Assembly (NCBI GenBank): GCA_963733195.1
Contig: CAVTCR010000063.1
Coordinates: 1 to 64,000 of the forward strand
Length of the DNA stretch: 64,000 nt
DNA from: an uncultured delta proteobacterium
Lineage (GTDB): Bacteria > Desulfobacterota > Binatia > Bin18
Reading direction: 5' to 3'
Shown here piece after piece: positions 31,142 through 42,560 of this stretch. The position numbers and the translations under genes are program-made. The notes beneath the pieces are model-generated. The model saw nothing but the letters and a program-made list of their open reading frames with translations. It did not search any database and was not told the DNA's origin. The number at the start of each line of letters is the position of its first letter. Position 1 is the stretch's first letter.

Positions 31142-34100
31142 TCAGTATTCCTTCTGCTGTTTGATGATCAGGAAAATACGCTCCACCTCGGCCACGTCCT
31201 GCAAGATGTTATACAAGGCTTGCTTAATCACCCGTTCACGCGGTTCAATGCCGCGCCAGCCGTCAGGTCGGACGCGTTTGACAGTTTCATCGATCTTGAT
31301 GGCCAGTGCAAGCACATCCTCTTGTGTTGTCTCCTCGTGAATAGCAGGTGTTTCATCTACACCGCTCGTGCGTCCAGCACTTGCTTGAGGTTGTTATACA
31401 AGGCACGTCTGCCTGGCGTGTTCAGTTGTTCCGGCGTCTCCTCGGCCTTGCCAGCTTCTACTTGCTTGGCTAGCTCGGCGATCCGTTTGAGGTATTGTTC
31501 GTACTCCAGCGCCTTGGCTTTCCGGGCAGCGATGATCTCATCCAGCAGGGCGGACATTTTCTCGTAGTAGGCTGGGTCGTTGAGATGTTCCTTGATGATC
31601 TTGCTGCGGACGTTGTTCTCAATGGTTTCAGCCACTGCTTCCCTGTTCGCTCTCAGTCTACTTGGCAGGGAGTTGATGGCATTGGTGATGCCAGTGTTCA
31701 CAATCAGTTCCAGCAACGACATCTTGTCGAAGGGCGAGATGGTGCGCGGCTCTGCGGCTTCGATATACGTGTCGATGAGATGCCGCATATCTGCCTCGTA
31801 GGCTTTCAGGTCGAGCTTTTCGTTGGCAGCATTGCGGATGATGTCGCGGAGATCGAGGTACTCTTTAAGCTTTTGCTTGATGTAACGAACGTCGGCCTCG
31901 CTGTAGCCAGCGGCGTCCAGTTCGTCGGCAATGTTGGCGTAGGCACGCACCAATGCGACGGTTGCCTTGTAGAGCGCGGCACGTTGTGGCTCGCGTGCCT
32001 TCAGGTCTTCCGGGAGTTCGGTATTACCACAGAAGTAATGAATATACTCTAGCTCGCCCTTGGGCGGTTCCACAGGCTCGCAGAGCAGCGCCAGGGCTTC
32101 CAGCGCGTTGTCGAGTCGCTCGCGACCTTTGGCAAGGCGATTGTTCATCAGGACTTCGGGATCGGCCCCGCCCGCACTGTGATCCAGCTCGGAGGTGTAG
32201 ACCTGAAGGGCACCGGTGCCTTCCTCATTGACCAGTTTCTTGAACAGGTCCTTGTAATCCACGATGTAGCCGAATTCTTTATCCTCCCCGTCCAGCCGAT
32301 TGGTGCGACAGATCGCCTGGAACAAACCAGTGATCCTGCATACTCTTGTCAATGTAGAGGTAGGTACAGCTGGGCGCGTCAAAGCCGGTGAGCAGCTTGT
32401 CTACGACGATGAGGAGCTTCATGTTGGCCGGTTCTTTCTTGAACAGCTCCTTAGCCTTTTCCTCGTAGGTTTCGGTCTTCGTCATGCCGGGCTTGGCGTC
32501 GATGTTCTTCAGCAGTTCGGTGTAGGTGCTGTAAATAAACTCTTTGTCCGTCTCAGTGTTCGCGCCGGTGTCTTCGGTGGTGATGTCACGCGTCTGCGGA
32601 TTGTACGAGGTGACGACCGCGCAGCGGTCCCTGAAGACCGTCTTCTGGAAGAGCGTGTAGTACTTACAGGCTTCGTAGATACTCGACGCTACCAGCATGG
32701 CGGTGCCGCGGTTGTCGCTGAGGCGCGGCTTGACGCTGAAGTCGAAGACGATGTCGCTTACCACCCGTTCCATACGCGAGCGCGAACTGAGCACCTTCTG
32801 CATCGTGCCCCACTGCTTTTTCAGTTCGTCTTTCTGCCAGTCGTTGAGCCCTTTGGTCTTGGCCTCAAACCAGGCGTCAATCTTGCTCTGCGAGCCGAGA
32901 TGCTGGTCAATATCCCGCGCCTCATAGACCAGATCGAGCACCACCTCGTCTTCTACTGCTTCGCTGAACTTGTAGGTGTGGATGTACCCGCCGAAGACTT
33001 CCAGGCTGGTCTGCTTGTCCTTCTTGAGCAGCGGCGTGCCGGTGAAGCCGATGAAGACGGCATTAGGCATGATGGCCTTCATCACGCGGTGTAGCTTGCC
33101 GCTCTGGGTGCGATGGCATTCGTCGACGAAGACAAAAATCTCGCCTACTGTCTGGCTCGGCTGGGCTTGCAGTTCCTTGATGAACTGCTCGAAGTTGTCC
33201 ACGTCCTTCTTGCCGAACTTATGCACCAGGGAACAGAGCAGGCGCGGCGTGGCCTGCCCCAACTGGGTCATCAGCTCGCGCCCGCTTCTGGTCCGCTTGA
33301 TCGTCTCGCCTGTCTCGGTGAACACGTCTTCAATCTGTTTGTCCAATTCGTCACGATCGGTGACGATTGCTACACGAGCGTTGGGATTGTTTTCCAGAAT
33401 CCATTTGGCCAGCAGCACCATGACGATGCTTTTGCCGCTGCCTTGCGTATGCCAGATGATGCCGCTCTTGCGTTTGCGCACATGCTGCTGGGCGGCTTTG
33501 ACGCCGAAATACTGGTGCACGCGCGGCAGCTTTTTCATCCCGCCATCAAACAGCACGAAGTCGTGCATCAGCTCGATCAGCCGCGCTTTGTTGCACATCT
33601 TGAGCAGATACTTGTCGAGCTTGAAGCGACTGTTGTCTTCTTCGTCCTCTTTCCACTTGAGGAAGTACTTCTCTTCGGTGCCAATGGTGCCGTATTGCAG
33701 ACCTTCGGAGTCGTTGCCCGCGAAGATGAACTGCACGGTGCTAAAGAACCATGCGTTGAACTCGGGTTGCTGGTTGGAAATGTTCTGGCGGATGCCGTCG
33801 CCAATCGTAATGCTGCTGTTCTTGAGTTCCAGCACGCCTACGGCGATACCATTCACATACAGCACGATGTCAGGCCGCCGTTCGTGATTGCCGCGCAGTG
33901 TGACTTCTTCAGCGATGGCGAAGTCGTTCTTTTTCGGCTCCTTCCAGTTGATGAGATGGACGGTTTCGGTGACTTTGCCTGCTTCGATCTTCACCTGGCA
34001 CGCCATAGCGCAGCAGGTTGTACACGGCCTGATTGTTGCCGTACAGGCCGCGATTGTGATTGTCTGCCTCGGTGCGGAGTTTGTAGAGGGCGCTGCTGAT

Positions 34101-34276
34101 CTGTGCTGGGGTGTATCCACACTTTGTGAGGTAGGTCGTGAGCAACTCTTCCTCAATGTTGCTGTTGCCGTCACGGTCGCGTCCAATCGCCGAGGTAGCG
34201 ATAGCCGAGTTCATCGCGGAACAGGGCGATGACGCGGTTCTGCGTGGCGCGTTCAGGTTGGCCGATGTTACTGCAT
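31142..34276 (-). CDS. hsdR: type I restriction endonuclease subunit R (frameshifted in this sequence)
   Basis: [54 protein letters not shown]; pieces 33909-34331, 32279-34186, 31357-32382 and tail to 31142. Confidence 0.93.
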
Positions 34277-35623
34277 GATGGTCGCCTTTTACTTGCCAGT
34301 GGCCACCTTTGGCGGGGCCGATGCGTTGCAAGACCCCGTCAGACTTGAGTTTGGCAATCTGCTTCTCTACTCCACGGGTAGACAGTCCAAGCTTCTCCGC
34401 GAGTTCAGGAATGGTGATACGAGGATTCTCGCGAACGTGACGTATGATTTTCCCCGAACTTTTCCCCGAACTTTTCCCGAACTATCACCGAATTCGTTCC
34501 GGGTAATTTTCTGGGTAGTGTCCACTCGCGTTGGAAACACCACCCACAGTCCCCCATGTTCAAAGCGGAACTCCGGCGGGGACGCACCTTCCACCCTGCA
34601 GGCATTCACAATATGCTCGATCCCGCGTCCCCATAATTCGATCATCCCCGCGCGGAAGAACGCATTTGCCACATCCGGGTTATACGGTTTGGACGAATGT
34701 TTTCCTGTGAGCGTTTCCACTGTCCATCCTTCGTGGAGTTCACCGTCGTTCCAGAGCATGATCTTGTCTTCATATACACTGATCTGAATGGGTGCACCGC
34801 TGCTGTAATCCTTGTGAGCGACGGCGTTCAGTATCGCCTCGCGCAACGCTTCCTCCGGCACAGGGTACGTCTCCACGCGTTGTAGTCCTTCGTAGGAAAT
34901 CATCGCCTTCAGATACTTTGCTAGCAAGATTTCCATTGTCTGATTCACCTGCGTGAAGAGATCGCCGTGAATTTCATCGTGGTAGAGCAAATCGGCGTTC
35001 GTACGGAAATAGCCGATTTTCACATACGCCCCGGTGAAAAATCGCTCCGGGTCTGGGTGAAACAACAACACCGCCGCCCGCTTCAGATATGTGCCATCCA
35101 TCAGGTGCAGCTTGTCAATCAGAACGGCATCTGTCTCTTCCAGAAGCTCGGCTGACAAGCGCTTGCTACGCGTAGCGCGTTTGCGGAAATACGCCAGCGC
35201 CCGCTGATCCAAGTCTGCCAGCGAGACATACGGTACGGGCGCATCATCCCAATGCCGCCCCTGTTTGCGCATCAGAAAACGGTGAAGCGCCGCGCCCTTC
35301 AACTCCTGCTTGGTGCTGCCACTGCGGTAATGGTATTCGCCTTTGTAACTGATTGGGCTGGGGTACGGTTCCACCACGATTTCCAGCCAATCCTTGCCCC
35401 GTTCGGTGTGCAGATTCACCTCGACCATGATACCGAGAATGTCGCGCACCTGGTTCGGAATGTCCCCCAACAACTTCGCCGCGTTGTCTACACCAACAAC
35501 CTCGCCCCGGTCATTCTTGCCGATCATCAGCGTACCGCCCTGGGCATTGGCGAAGCCGCAAACCCACTTCAGGTATTCATCTCGCCAGTGCTGTTTCCAT
35601 TCGATGTGCTGATGCTCCTTCAT
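34270..35623 (-). CDS. AlbA_2 (Schlafen-like) + HATPase_c_4 + C-terminal HTH protein
   Basis: [52 protein letters not shown]; HTH tail [10 protein letters not shown] after a frameshift. Confidence 0.88.
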
Positions 35624-35628
35624 AATAG

Positions 35629-35684
35629 TGGAGAATGGAGAGTTGAAAATTGAGAATTGAAAATGGAGAGTTGAGAATGGAGAA
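35629..35684. repeat. 8 tandem heptamers T(T/G)GA(G/A)A(A/G)
   Basis: TGGAGAA TGGAGAG TTGAAAA TTGAGAA TTGAAAA TGGAGAG TTGAGAA TGGAGAA, abutting the stop codon of the four-helix-bundle gene. Confidence 0.95.
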
Positions 35685-36047
35685 TTACGAAGTCTGCTTT
35701 GATCCTTTGGATGTTTTGACAATTGAGACCAGCAGCTTGACAAGTTCTTCACTATCAGTGCGGATGGAGGCGAAGCTCTGATTGGCGATGTATTCGGATT
35801 GATGAAGCAACTCCAGCCAGTACAGTGTCTCGTTAGCTTCTTTGAGAGCGATAGTCATCTTGTGAATAAAGTCCGCTTTGCTTTCTGCATGCTCTGCTTC
35901 CCGTACCAGCGCACCAATGGCCGTGCCACTGCGCAGTACCTGGTTCGACAGAACAAATTCTTTCTTCTCACTTTGCAAGTGTCTGGCCAGCTTCACCACC
36001 CGCAACGCAAAGGCAAATGACTTATCCCTAATGATGTTCTCCCTCAT
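35685..36047 (-). CDS. four-helix-bundle protein (23S rRNA IVP / Avd-like family)
   Basis: KSFAFALRVVKL, QVLRSGTAIGALVREA..AESKADFIHK..IALKEANETLYWLELL. Confidence 0.95.
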   Translation of the reverse strand: MRENIIRDKSFAFALRVVKLARHLQSEKKEFVLSNQVLRSGTAIGALVREAEHAESKADFIHKMTIALKEANETLYWLELLHQSEYIANQSFASIRTDSEELVKLLVSIVKTSKGSKQTS

Positions 36048-36157
36048 TCTTAATTCCCATTCTTACTCTTCCATTTTTAATTCTCCATTTTCCATTTTCA
36101 CTTCTCCATCTCAACTTTCCACTTCTTCATTCTCAATTCTCCATTCTCAATTTTCCA
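36048..36157. repeat. about 15 degenerate heptamers, complement of the 35629-35684 array
   Basis: ...TTCTCAA TTCTCCA TTCTCAA TTTTCCA, filling the whole gap between the hsdS stop and the four-helix-bundle start. Confidence 0.9.
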
Positions 36158-37860
36158 TTAAACAAGCCTGACTTGTCCGGTGAGTAACACGTGCATCATG
36201 CCCTGCTTGAGCTGGCGGGCTTTGGCGAGCTTGGCTTCCAGCGCGTCGATCTCGGCGTCCATGTCGCTCAAGACCTCGGCAATGGCTTCTTGTTCGGAAC
36301 GCTAGGCGGGTGAAGGAATTACAAATCTTGCGAGATCTTGCGCCCGAGATTAGGCTGAGCTGCACCACCAGACCATTTTCTATCATCCGTGCACACAGGT
36401 TAGAATTGAAGTAATAACTCAGATAGTCAGTACGGAGACTGGCTGACTTAGGGCGAACAATTACCAGAGAGCTCGCGATTGCACCTTCGCCGAAATCTGG
36501 ACCAACGATTCCGAATTTGCCCAACGAACCGCGCAAACAGAACAGTATGTCCCCAGGCTTAAACTTCCCGCCGCCAAGGCGGTCATAGCTCTCTCTAGTG
36601 ATGTAGTCTAGTTCACTGCGATTGATATGACCTTCTGCAACGTGGCCTGCGTTAACGAAAGGGACTCCACTACGTGCGAATGACACTGATGATGGGTAAT
36701 TTTTTCCTCGATCCCCATTTTCGAAGACGCAAGTCTCGCTAAGCGTGACATCGATCCTCTGGTACCCCGCCCGGAAGAGAACGTATGCAAACCGATCTCC
36801 TAGAGATAATGCCAGCCATGCATCGGCTCTGGAAGTGCGTGCATTGACGATCGACGTAACCGACGCGGCTAAATACGATATCACCTTCTTCAAGTGCATA
36901 TACGCTGAGCCGCTTTCATCCGCATCTGATTCCGTAGGAAGATTAGAATGTACAACTCCGCGTTCACCTAAATGCTCCACAGTGATGATCGGAGTGCCGT
37001 CCACTAAGCATAGTCGCGTTCTATGTAACGCCGAGCCAAAACGGACCCGTTTCCACATCTGTGATCTTGCCAATCGTTGCTACATTGCCAATCCTCGGTA
37101 TCTCTCCTAACTTCGCTGTTTTGTCGCCCAGTGGTTCCACTGAACTCCGATAGCCGTTTCTTCCCGGTGAGCAATTCCTGCATGGCGCCTTGTTTGAGGT
37201 GGCGTTTTTTGGCGATGAGTTGCTCAAGGGATTCAATGAGGGCATCCGCATCGCTCAAGGCTTCGGCAATGGCTTCTTGTTCGGCTTTGGTGGCGGAAGA
37301 GGAATCGGGACTGTCTCGAACTTATCTTTTGGAAGATGTGCGTATGCTTGTCTGCGTGACAAATTCAGCAGAATGCCTTACGATGCCAGACTGCTGAACG
37401 AGTATCCAAGCATCAGGAAATCATGTAGCCACTGCTTTACATAAGCGCTGCATTAGCGCCATTCTGATCAGTAAGCATGTCTATCATCTGGACTAGCCAT
37501 ATACCGTGCCAGCACGCTCCAACTTTCTGCCTGCCATCGCAACAAGCGACGATCGCCACTTCGCAAGACTGAATATCGTCTGAAGATCAGCTTCTGGCGT
37601 CATCTGATCACGCCAATATCGCTCAGGTCAATACGTCCCCAATTGACATGGCTCTGATCGCCTGAGTAAAGGCTTCGTAATACCAACGTTATTTTCACGG
37701 AATCGAGCATCTTCCTCAACTGATTTAGAACTCGTCGCCGACAGTCGAGACCTCCCAATCCTCCGGAATCACCCCCACCTCGGTCTGCTTGTAACCCGGA
37801 GGAACTAATGGAGAATTGAGAGTTGAGAATTGAGAATTGTTTTCGTTCTTCATTTTCCAT
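36158..37860 (-). CDS. hsdS: type I R-M specificity subunit (heavily frameshifted, apparently more than two TRD segments)
   Basis: PGYKQTEVG.IPEDW start, central EQEAIAEALSDADALIESLEQLIAKKRHLKQGAMQELLTGKKRL, terminal helix ending RLV-stop. Confidence 0.88.
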
Positions 37861-37873
37861 TCTCCATTCTCAA
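37809..37873. repeat. inverted heptamer arrays (4+4 units, 9-nt loop) at hsdM/hsdS junction
   Basis: TGGAGAA TTGAGAG TTGAGAA TTGAGAA - TTGTTTTCG - TTCTTCA TTTTCCA TTCTCCA TTCTCAA. Confidence 0.95.
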
Positions 37874-40281
37874 TTAAGCGAAAATCCCATTTTCGCGAGA
37901 TGGCGGTTCACTTTCTGTTCCAGCTCGGCCACGCGGCTCGTCTGCTGCGGCAGCGGGGTTTCGTAGCGTTCGGCCAGTTCCTTCACGCGCTGGGTCAGGG
38001 CCTGGCTGATACGGTCCATCTCGCCGTGGATGCGTGCATCGAGTACGGCCAGCCATTTGTCATCCACGACCAACGTCTTGATCTCGGCCTCGGTGAGTTT
38101 GGGATATTGGGCATAGGCTTTCGCATCGAGTGCGGCCTCGGCGTCTTTGAGGCGCTTCTTGAGTTCGGACTCCTGGTCACTGAGCGTTAGCCAGGCATTT
38201 AAGAACCTCGGCTTCCTCTTTGGTCTCCTCATCTTTGGAGAACAGCCCTTTGATCTCCTTTAGGCGTGCGGCGATATTAGCCTTGTTCACCTTGTCCAAC
38301 GCGGAGAACGCACCTTCCTCACCACCGTGTTCTTCTTCCATCTCAGTCAACTGAGCGGTGACGCTTTCCAGCTCGGCCTCCAGCTTCGTGATGGCTTCTT
38401 GTTCTTTGGCAAAGTAGCGAGCGACGATGAGCGGCTTCGGCACGAGATCGCACGCCCAGCCCTTGTCCTTCTCTTTGCCTTTCTTGTCTTTCTCGATGAT
38501 ACGATAGGTCTCAGCCTTCCACCCATCAGTGGCGATCAGATAGCAGTCGTCCTGCATCGTCTCGGCCCAGTAATCCATCAGGTGCTGATAGACATCGTAT
38601 TCATCGATCAGCGGCTTGCCGCTGTAGTGCGCGAGCAGGTTTTCGGAAAGGCCTTTGATGATGTGTTTGGGGTGACACTCAACCGTTAGTCCCTTGAGTG
38701 CCTTGCGTGCGTCTACGCCAATCGGCAAACAAGGCGTTCATACTATCGGTGAACGTCACAAACTCCGCGATGCTCGTAGATGGTTTGTTTTAGTTGAGAG
38801 TGGAGAATGGATAATTGAGAATAGTGGGCGCGGAGCGGCTGGAAGAGTGCGGATTTGAGTCCAGGGAGAACGGACCAATATTTTTCGAGTGCATCGATGT
38901 CGCGGTTAGGGATGCCGCCGCGCAGGTGGCCTTCGATGTCTTGAATGTCTTCGGCCTCCTGACTGTCGATGTAACGCGGAATGTTGAGGTTGTATTCGTT
39001 CTTCTCGATCTCTGCGAACGGGACCATGCGCGCATATTTGGGAATCTCTACCTGTTTGGTGAAGACATCCACAATCTTGTGAATGTCCCTCGCACGCAAC
39101 CGGTTCTTGTTACCGTCCTTCATGTAGCCCGCGCTGGCGTCAATCATAAAAATGCCACGGCGCGTGTGGGCGTCTTCTTTGTCGATGACGATGATACAGG
39201 CCGGAATGCCAGTGCCGTAAAACAGGTTCGCGGGCAGGCCAATGATGCCCTTGATGTAGCCCTTGCGGATCAAGTTGCGGCGGATGTCGGCTTCGGCATT
39301 GCCACGGAACAACACCCCATGCGGCAGAATGCATGCACCTTTGCCGTGGCTCTTGAGCGAGCGCACGATGTGCAGCAGATAGGCGTAATCGCCCTGTTTG
39401 CCAGGCGGCACACCGAAGGACTTGAAACGCTCGTGCGGATCGTTGAGCGGATCGACACCGGTGCTCCAGCGCTTATCGCTGAACGGCGGATTCGCGACTA
39501 CGTAATCAAAGGTCTTGAGGATGTCGCCATCTTTGAACTTGGGGTCAGCCAGCGAGTTGCCTTGCACGATCAACGCCGTCGGGTTGTTGTGCAGCACCAT
39601 ATTCATCCGCGCCAGACCGGACGTCGCCGCGTCTTTATCCTGGCCGTACAGCGTGACCTGCGCGTGGGCTTCATCGGCGACTTTCAACAACAGCGAGCCG
39701 GAACCGCAGGTCGGGTCATAGACGGTGGTATCGTTCGTCGTCTTGGCATCGCGGATGCCGATGATCTGCGCAATGATGCGGCTGACCTCGGCAGGCGTGT
39801 AGAACTGCCCCTTGCTCTTGCCGCTATCCACGGCGAAGTGCTGCATCAGATATTCATAGGCATCGCCGAGAATGTCATCACCGTCTGCGCGGTTCTTGCT
39901 GAAATCGAGCCGCTTATCTTCAAAGATGGCGATGAGGTCTGTTAGTCGCTCCACCATCTCCTTGCCGCTGCCGAGCTTGGTGGCGTCGTTGAAGTCCGGC
40001 ATGTCGGACAGCTTGTTGGCATTGGCCAGCGGCGCGATGATCTTCTTGTTGATCTGGTCACCGATGTCAGGTTTGCCCTTGAGCGCGACCATGTCCTTGA
40101 AGCTGGCGCCCTCGGGAATGGTGATCGGCGCGAAAGGCACGCCGGCATATTTGTCGCTGACATATTTGATGAACAACAGGACCAGCACGTAGTCCTTGTA
40201 TTGGCTGGCATCCATGCCGCCGCGCAGCGCATCGCAGCTCGACCACAGGGACGAGTAGAGTTCCGATTTCTTCAGGGCCAT
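37870..40281 (-). CDS. hsdM: type I R-M methyltransferase subunit M, long form (frameshifted)
   Basis: LRGGMDASQYKDY, GQFYTP, YDPTCGSG, ANPPF (N6-adenine), NLNIPRYI; tail LAERYETPLP. Confidence 0.95.
38794..38821. repeat. 4 heptamers in-frame inside hsdM
   Basis: TTGAGAG TGGAGAA TGGATAA TTGAGAA, read as YSQLSILHSQL. Confidence 0.8.
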
Positions 40282-40917
40282 AGTGTCGTTAGATTCCGTT
40301 TCTTTGCGTAGTGATGAAGAGTCGCAAAATGCCTGAGATACCTACCAGCCCACGACAAGAATGTCATCGTAAGGTAGTACTTTGGGATCAAAGACTCACT
40401 GGCAATATTATTGAATTGTCGCTGTGGATCGTGCTCTGGTAAGGCCACCAACATTTCCCCCTTACCAACGATGCTACTGCTTTCGCTCGGCAAGAAGCAA
40501 GGAAAAGACAGCCGTTTTTCTGCGAGGAGAAGAAATAACCGTATGAAATACGTCTGAGAGACGTTTGAGAAAGATCACAGGAGAACCGCGTCTCTACGGA
40601 GATTCAAGTAGACGAGGTTGGCTTCGAGCGTCAAGGAGGATCAGTTCCGGGGTACGCCCCTCGCGTAGCTCTTCGATCTGCTGGCCAAGCATGGCTGAGG
40701 GATGTTCTTGGACAAGAGAAAGGAACGCTTGCGCGTTACATAGCTCAAAGACGAGCGCTTGTAAGGGGCGATATTCATTCTCGCGATCTTTCTTATTAAT
40801 TCGGAGAGTGTCTTGATGCCCCATCGGGCCGCGCTTCCCACAGAATCGGAAATCGCAGAAGGTTTTTCATTTTGGTTCTTGATCGATAAGGAAACGAAGG
40901 GCGAGAAGAAACACAAG

Positions 40918-40990
<73 letters not shown>

Positions 40991-41097
40991 ACAGGATGGG
41001 AATGGAGGAAAAGGGGAAACGGCAAAAAGGTAAAGAAAGAAAATACTGTATAACAGCGAGGATAATCTAACAGCCACCCGGTCACTTTGCAAGGGAA

Positions 41098-42501
41098 CTA
41101 GACCAATCCGACCTGAAGCGTCGTCAGAATCGCCCTGAGTCCCAGGTCATCGTATTGGGCGTTAATGTCAGAGCGGAAGATGAAATGGATCATCCCGTCT
41201 TCTGCGATGGCTTCATCCGGGGGGTTTTCATCCCATGCGCCATTTTCACAGGCGCGCAGCAGCGCTTCGTCTACAGCATAACTTCCAGAGCGCGTCTGAA
41301 TAATGAGTTTCTTCAAGTTGCCTTGGGTGTCGATCTTTGCCTCGATCGTTGAGACATTGTTGGCAGCAACCACGTCGTTAATCTGCAGGTTTTTCCGCTG
41401 AAAAATAATCAGATGCTGGAACACCCGCAAGGCAACGCGTCTCACAAATGGTGCAAACCGATTCGCTTTAGCATTGAGGAAGGTCAGATTGCCTTGGCGA
41501 ATATCTGGAAGCACATCAGGTGTGCCGATCGGGCCGGGTAATGCGAATAAATTTTCTGCTGGCGGAGGAGCCATAGCTATGAGGTCTCGCCCCTGTGGTG
41601 GCTGCCGTTTTTCTTTTTCTTCTTGATCTTCTCCGGCGTCAGATATCCACCCTTGAGAGAGGAGTTCTTCTGGACGTGCAAATAATTTGGGCGCTCGCTT
41701 TGCCGCCTCTGCCGTCGTCGTAGGGGAGGGCTTCGCAAGAGACTCTTCATCTACCTCCCGTTCAAGCTTTTTCTTCACTTCAGGTTTGGGGACAGCAGGG
41801 GCAACGGGCGGTTTCATCGCCAGCTGTAGTGACTCACGCTTTTTCGCTTCTCGGGTTCCTGGAGTGCGACTTTTAGGTGGTGTCATATCTTCTGCGAGAT
41901 CTTTTGTTGGCTTTTCAGTTGGTGATGCTACTCCCGGTTCTTTCTTTGCCTGTTGCACTGGCGGTTTTGGCTCTTCCTTCAGTGTTTTCTCGCGAACCGG
42001 AGGTTGGTCTTTGCGTGCTGGTGCTGGTCGTGGCAATCCGCGCGCAACCATCTCTTCTTTCGTCGCACTATTCCGATCGCTGAGCAGACGAGTCTTTTCG
42101 GGAATCTGATCGTTGACTTGATCCGGTGGACTCACAATCTGTTCTGGAAGCTTTTCCTGTGGCTTGGGTTCAGGCGGCTTCGGTTTTGTTTGCTCAGATG
42201 ACTTGGGCTTTTCTACTGGTGGTTTCGGCTGTTCTATTGGCTTTTCCTGGAGAGGCGGTTCTGTTTTTGCCACAACAGGTGGCGCAGGTGGCGACGGAAG
42301 AAGTTCAACTTCTGTGAGTTGCTCTTGTGGCGGCTCTGGCATCAGGCGATAGAGCGTCGGAAAGAAGAGAAACAAGACTGCGTGTACAATCAAAGATAGA
42401 AAAAGAAAAACAGCGAGCGGGTCACGCTGCTCGGGTCGTTGGAACGTTTGTACGGCGGAAGTCATCGGCGGCATTCTAGCGATCCCCTCAACTTGCCGCA
42501 A
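41098..42501 (-). CDS. TonB/TolA-like protein (start uncertain)
   Basis: N-terminal TM with SLIVH, long Pro/Lys/Glu-rich spacer, C-terminal SGSYAVDEA domain. Confidence 0.75.
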   Translation of the reverse strand: MRQVEGIARMPPMTSAVQTFQRPEQRDPLAVFLFLSLIVHAVLFLFFPTLYRLMPEPPQEQLTEVELLPSPPAPPVVAKTEPPLQEKPIEQPKPPVEKPKSSEQTKPKPPEPKPQEKLPEQIVSPPDQVNDQIPEKTRLLSDRNSATKEEMVARGLPRPAPARKDQPPVREKTLKEEPKPPVQQAKKEPGVASPTEKPTKDLAEDMTPPKSRTPGTREAKKRESLQLAMKPPVAPAVPKPEVKKKLEREVDEESLAKPSPTTTAEAAKRAPKLFARPEELLSQGWISDAGEDQEEKEKRQPPQGRDLIAMAPPPAENLFALPGPIGTPDVLPDIRQGNLTFLNAKANRFAPFVRRVALRVFQHLIIFQRKNLQINDVVAANNVSTIEAKIDTQGNLKKLIIQTRSGSYAVDEALLRACENGAWDENPPDEAIAEDGMIHFIFRSDINAQYDDLGLRAILTTLQVGLV

Positions 42502-42560
42502 GGAAGATCCTGTTACCTGTCTTGCCGATACAGAGAGAGATAGCGTATAGTAGCATCACT

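Noticed and set aside
32300-34099. Long plus-strand ORFs (264, 303, 328 aa)
   Set aside because: They are antisense shadows of hsdR, with no recognisable motifs.
34447-34483. 12-bp tandem repeat (TTTTCCCCGAAC-like x3)
   Set aside because: It encodes the short 4-residue-repeat linker commonly seen before the HTH in this protein family, and is unrelated to the heptamer arrays.
35685-36047. Diversity-generating retroelement (Avd-like gene)
   Set aside because: No reverse transcriptase and no TR/VR pair differing at adenines was seen in the window.
35629-37873. CRISPR array interpretation of the repeat tracts
   Set aside because: Units are 7 nt, contiguous and degenerate with no unique spacers, and there are no cas genes in the window.
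38815-39945. 376-aa plus-strand ORF
   Set aside because: It is an antisense shadow of hsdM.
40594-40824. 76-aa ORF between tRNA-Ala and hsdM as possible integrase remnant or regulator
   Set aside because: No recognisable motif and no clear start, so it could not be supported.
41700-42320. Low-complexity Pro/Lys/Glu segment
   Set aside because: It is the normal TonB/TolA-type periplasmic spacer, with no period-7 DNA repeat evident.
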